Source of the DNA: Pirellulales bacterium
Lineage (GTDB): Bacteria > Planctomycetota > Planctomycetia > Pirellulales > PALSA-1355
DNA length: 64,000 bases
Assembly (NCBI GenBank): GCA_963733035.1
Contig: CAVTBU010000006.1
Span: 928,001-992,000 of the forward strand
Direction of reading: 5' to 3'
Under the pieces are notes generated by a model. It saw only the letters and a list, made by a program, of their open reading frames with translations. It did no database searches and had not been told where the DNA came from. Below are positions 61,881 through 64,000 of the stretch, piece after piece. Position 1 is the stretch's first letter. Each line of letters begins with the position of its first letter. A program made the translations under genes and the position numbers.

Positions 61881-62759
61881 ATGGTTCCCCAAGTGACGGC
61901 CGCAATCCTGGACGGAAAACAATTGGCACGCCAAATCCGCGAGGAATTGCGCGATGAGGTGGCTGAATTCATCCAGAATAACGGCGAGGTTCCCACGCTG
62001 GCCGCGGTGCTCGTAGGAAACGATCCATCGAGCGAAGTCTATGTGCGCAATAAGGTTAATGCTTGCGAGCAGGCCGGAATCATCAGCCGACTATTCCGCC
62101 TGCCGGCCGACACGCCCCAGGATGATCTGCTCACCCTGTTGGCCAAACTGAACCGGTCCAAGGACGAGCCAATCCACGGCATCCTGGTGCAGCTGCCCCT
62201 TCCCCCCCAGATCGATGCCACCCGAATTCTAAGCGCCGTGAGCCCACTCAAGGACGTCGATGGTTTTCATCCGGAAAACGTGGGGCGGATGGTCCAAGGG
62301 AATGCCCGCTATTTACCCTGCACGCCGTACGGAATCCAGCAATTACTTGTTCGAAACGGGATCAAAACGTCGGGACAGCATGTTGTCGTGGTCGGCCGCA
62401 GCGAAACGGTCGGCAAGCCGATGGCCCTGATGCTGATGCAGCGCGGCTCGGGAGCCGACGCCACGGTGACGGTGTGCCACAGCAAAACCCAAGATTTACC
62501 GAGCCTTACGCGTCAGGCTGATATTCTGATCGTGGCCATCGGGCAGCCGCAGTTCATCAAGGCGGAGATGGTCAAGCCTGGGGCCGTGGTCATCGACGTG
62601 GGAATCCATCGGACCGCGCAAGGTTTGGTCGGGGACGTTGATTTTGCCGGGGTCAGCCAAGTGGCCAGCCACATCAGCCCCGTACCCGGCGGCGTGGGAC
62701 CGTTAACCGTGACGATGCTGCTGGCCAACACCCTCACGGCCGCTCGTTTACAACAGTAG
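61881..62759 (+). CDS. folD: Bifunctional methylenetetrahydrofolate dehydrogenase/cyclohydrolase
   Basis: YVRNK, GILVQLPLP, KDVDGFHP, PCTP, VGRS..VGKP, PVPGGVGP.T. Confidence 0.97.
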   Translation: MVPQVTAAILDGKQLARQIREELRDEVAEFIQNNGEVPTLAAVLVGNDPSSEVYVRNKVNACEQAGIISRLFRLPADTPQDDLLTLLAKLNRSKDEPIHGILVQLPLPPQIDATRILSAVSPLKDVDGFHPENVGRMVQGNARYLPCTPYGIQQLLVRNGIKTSGQHVVVVGRSETVGKPMALMLMQRGSGADATVTVCHSKTQDLPSLTRQADILIVAIGQPQFIKAEMVKPGAVVIDVGIHRTAQGLVGDVDFAGVSQVASHISPVPGGVGPLTVTMLLANTLTAARLQQ

Positions 62760-63100
62760 CGTCTGCTTAACCTGGCGCCGCCGGGCACCAACAGTCCGGT
62801 TCTCGTTACGTTGACGTTGGACACGCCGGGGGCGACAGACGGCACCTAGAGCGGCGGCGGAACACTCACCGCTCCACAAGTGACCGACCTGACTGCTGGA
62901 AACATCGAGATCAACCTGCGCAGGCAGATGTTTCCAAGGGGTAAGATTCGCGGACAACTTTCCGCGGTTCCCGAGCCAAGCGGCGGGGCGCGTTTGGCAT
63001 TGGGAGCCGTGTGCGCCGCGGTGGTGACGCGGCGCCATCTGCGACCGGGGGCTCGACGACCGTCGCGCGGCCTGGTATCCAAGGCTGGCGGGCGAGCGGC

Positions 63101-63463
63101 TTATTCCAACTCGTGCACGTCGCCGAGCACGCCGCGGGGAATGCAGATGGTGAGCACGGTGAGCTTGCCGTTTGGACTGGCCGTGGCTTTGTGCTTGACG
63201 CCGCGGGGGACGTAAACGACCACGCCTTTGTGCAGTTCGATCTGGTCGTTATCGAGCGTCATCGTGCCGCTGCCGTCGATGACGTAGTAGAACTCGTCGG
63301 TCCGCGCGTGGTAGTGGAGCTTCGCGTCCTGGATTTCCACCTGATGGATTTCCGCGGCCGCCCCATCGGCCTCTTCCACCAGGCAGCGAATCTGCCCACA
63401 AGTCTCGGCCCAGGGTGTGGCGTCGGCCGGATCGCGCCGCAGATAGCTGGCTTTCACGCTCAT
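63101..63463 (-). CDS. Cupin domain protein
   Basis: LHYHARTDEFYYV..G.G, VYVPRGVKH.A. Confidence 0.88.
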   Translation of the reverse strand: MSVKASYLRRDPADATPWAETCGQIRCLVEEADGAAAEIHQVEIQDAKLHYHARTDEFYYVIDGSGTMTLDNDQIELHKGVVVYVPRGVKHKATASPNGKLTVLTICIPRGVLGDVHELE

Positions 63464-63665
63464 GGGATTGACCTCGTGGATATGAGTGGGGGCAATACCG
63501 CATTCAGGGTAACAAGTCATGGGCGGTGCGGCAAATTTCGCCGGCCTTGTGCCAGGTGCTGGCGGTTGTCCTTTCTTTGTTTGGAGCGGGCGATGCCAAG
63601 ATTTGGCCCATCGCGGCGAACAACTCCGCGTGGACCGTTTGAAATGCGCGTACGAGAGCTGAAGC

Positions 63666-64000
63666 ATGACGAGACTTGCATCGCTGGTTTTGGTTTGTTT
63701 GCCCCTGACGCTGCCGAGGCTGCTGTCGCCGGCCATGGCGGCGGATCCCGTGCCGACGGTCGATACGCAACGTCTGGGCGAGCTTCAGACGCGCTTTCAG
63801 GCAGGACTCGACGCCGTTTGCGCGAAGTACGAACTGCCGGGAATGACCGCTGCCTATGTGCTGCCCGACGGCACGGTGCGAGCCTTTGCCAGCGGGCTGG
63901 CGGACAAGGAAAGCGGCACCAAAATGACCGTCGACTCGCGGATGCCGGCCGGTAGTATCGGCAAGACGTTCGTCGCGGCCACCGTCATCGGCCTGGCACA
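63666..64000 (+). CDS. Secreted serine hydrolase (beta-lactamase family); 3'-truncated by the window
   Basis: MTRLASLVLV signal peptide; LPGMTAA..G.AD..RMPAGSIGKTF (SxxK). Confidence 0.85.
   Translation, partial: MTRLASLVLVCLPLTLPRLLSPAMAADPVPTVDTQRLGELQTRFQAGLDAVCAKYELPGMTAAYVLPDGTVRAFASGLADKESGTKMTVDSRMPAGSIGKTFVAATVIGLA

Overview
GC-rich chromosomal window, most likely from a planctomycete (inferred from a PVC-type CxxCH haem protein, a TIGR03000-type domain, a sulfatase, PEP-CTERM proteins and NPYxxP micro-proteins). Housekeeping and metabolic genes (DHS-like, yebC, katG, sulfite reductase, folD, ABC exporter, Ser/Thr kinase) surround a heavily remodelled accessory zone at about 2.7-45 kb. 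The most striking unexplained structure is at 15.3-17.5 kb: seven small, mostly membrane-protein genes on the minus strand, separated by six copies of a conserved unit. The full unit holds a terminator-like hairpin plus a TAGAAT -10 box 6-8 nt before a leaderless ATG, like an array of self-contained expression cassettes, and it sits next to two low-GC HEPN-like genes. Other notable items: a SIR2-STAND-TPR (Avs/NLR-like) defence gene; an IS4 element with an 11-bp target duplication that encloses a passenger gene; two IS256 relics bracketing a xanthine-dehydrogenase-like/TauE module; a MITE just upstream of the katG RBS; REP-like palindromes; tRNA-Pro-like 3' fragments; and an ECF41-type promoter. 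Seven genes carry small frameshifts (eight sites), probably sequencing indels. No rRNA, complete tRNA or CRISPR array was found. All family assignments come from motif recognition, not database searches.
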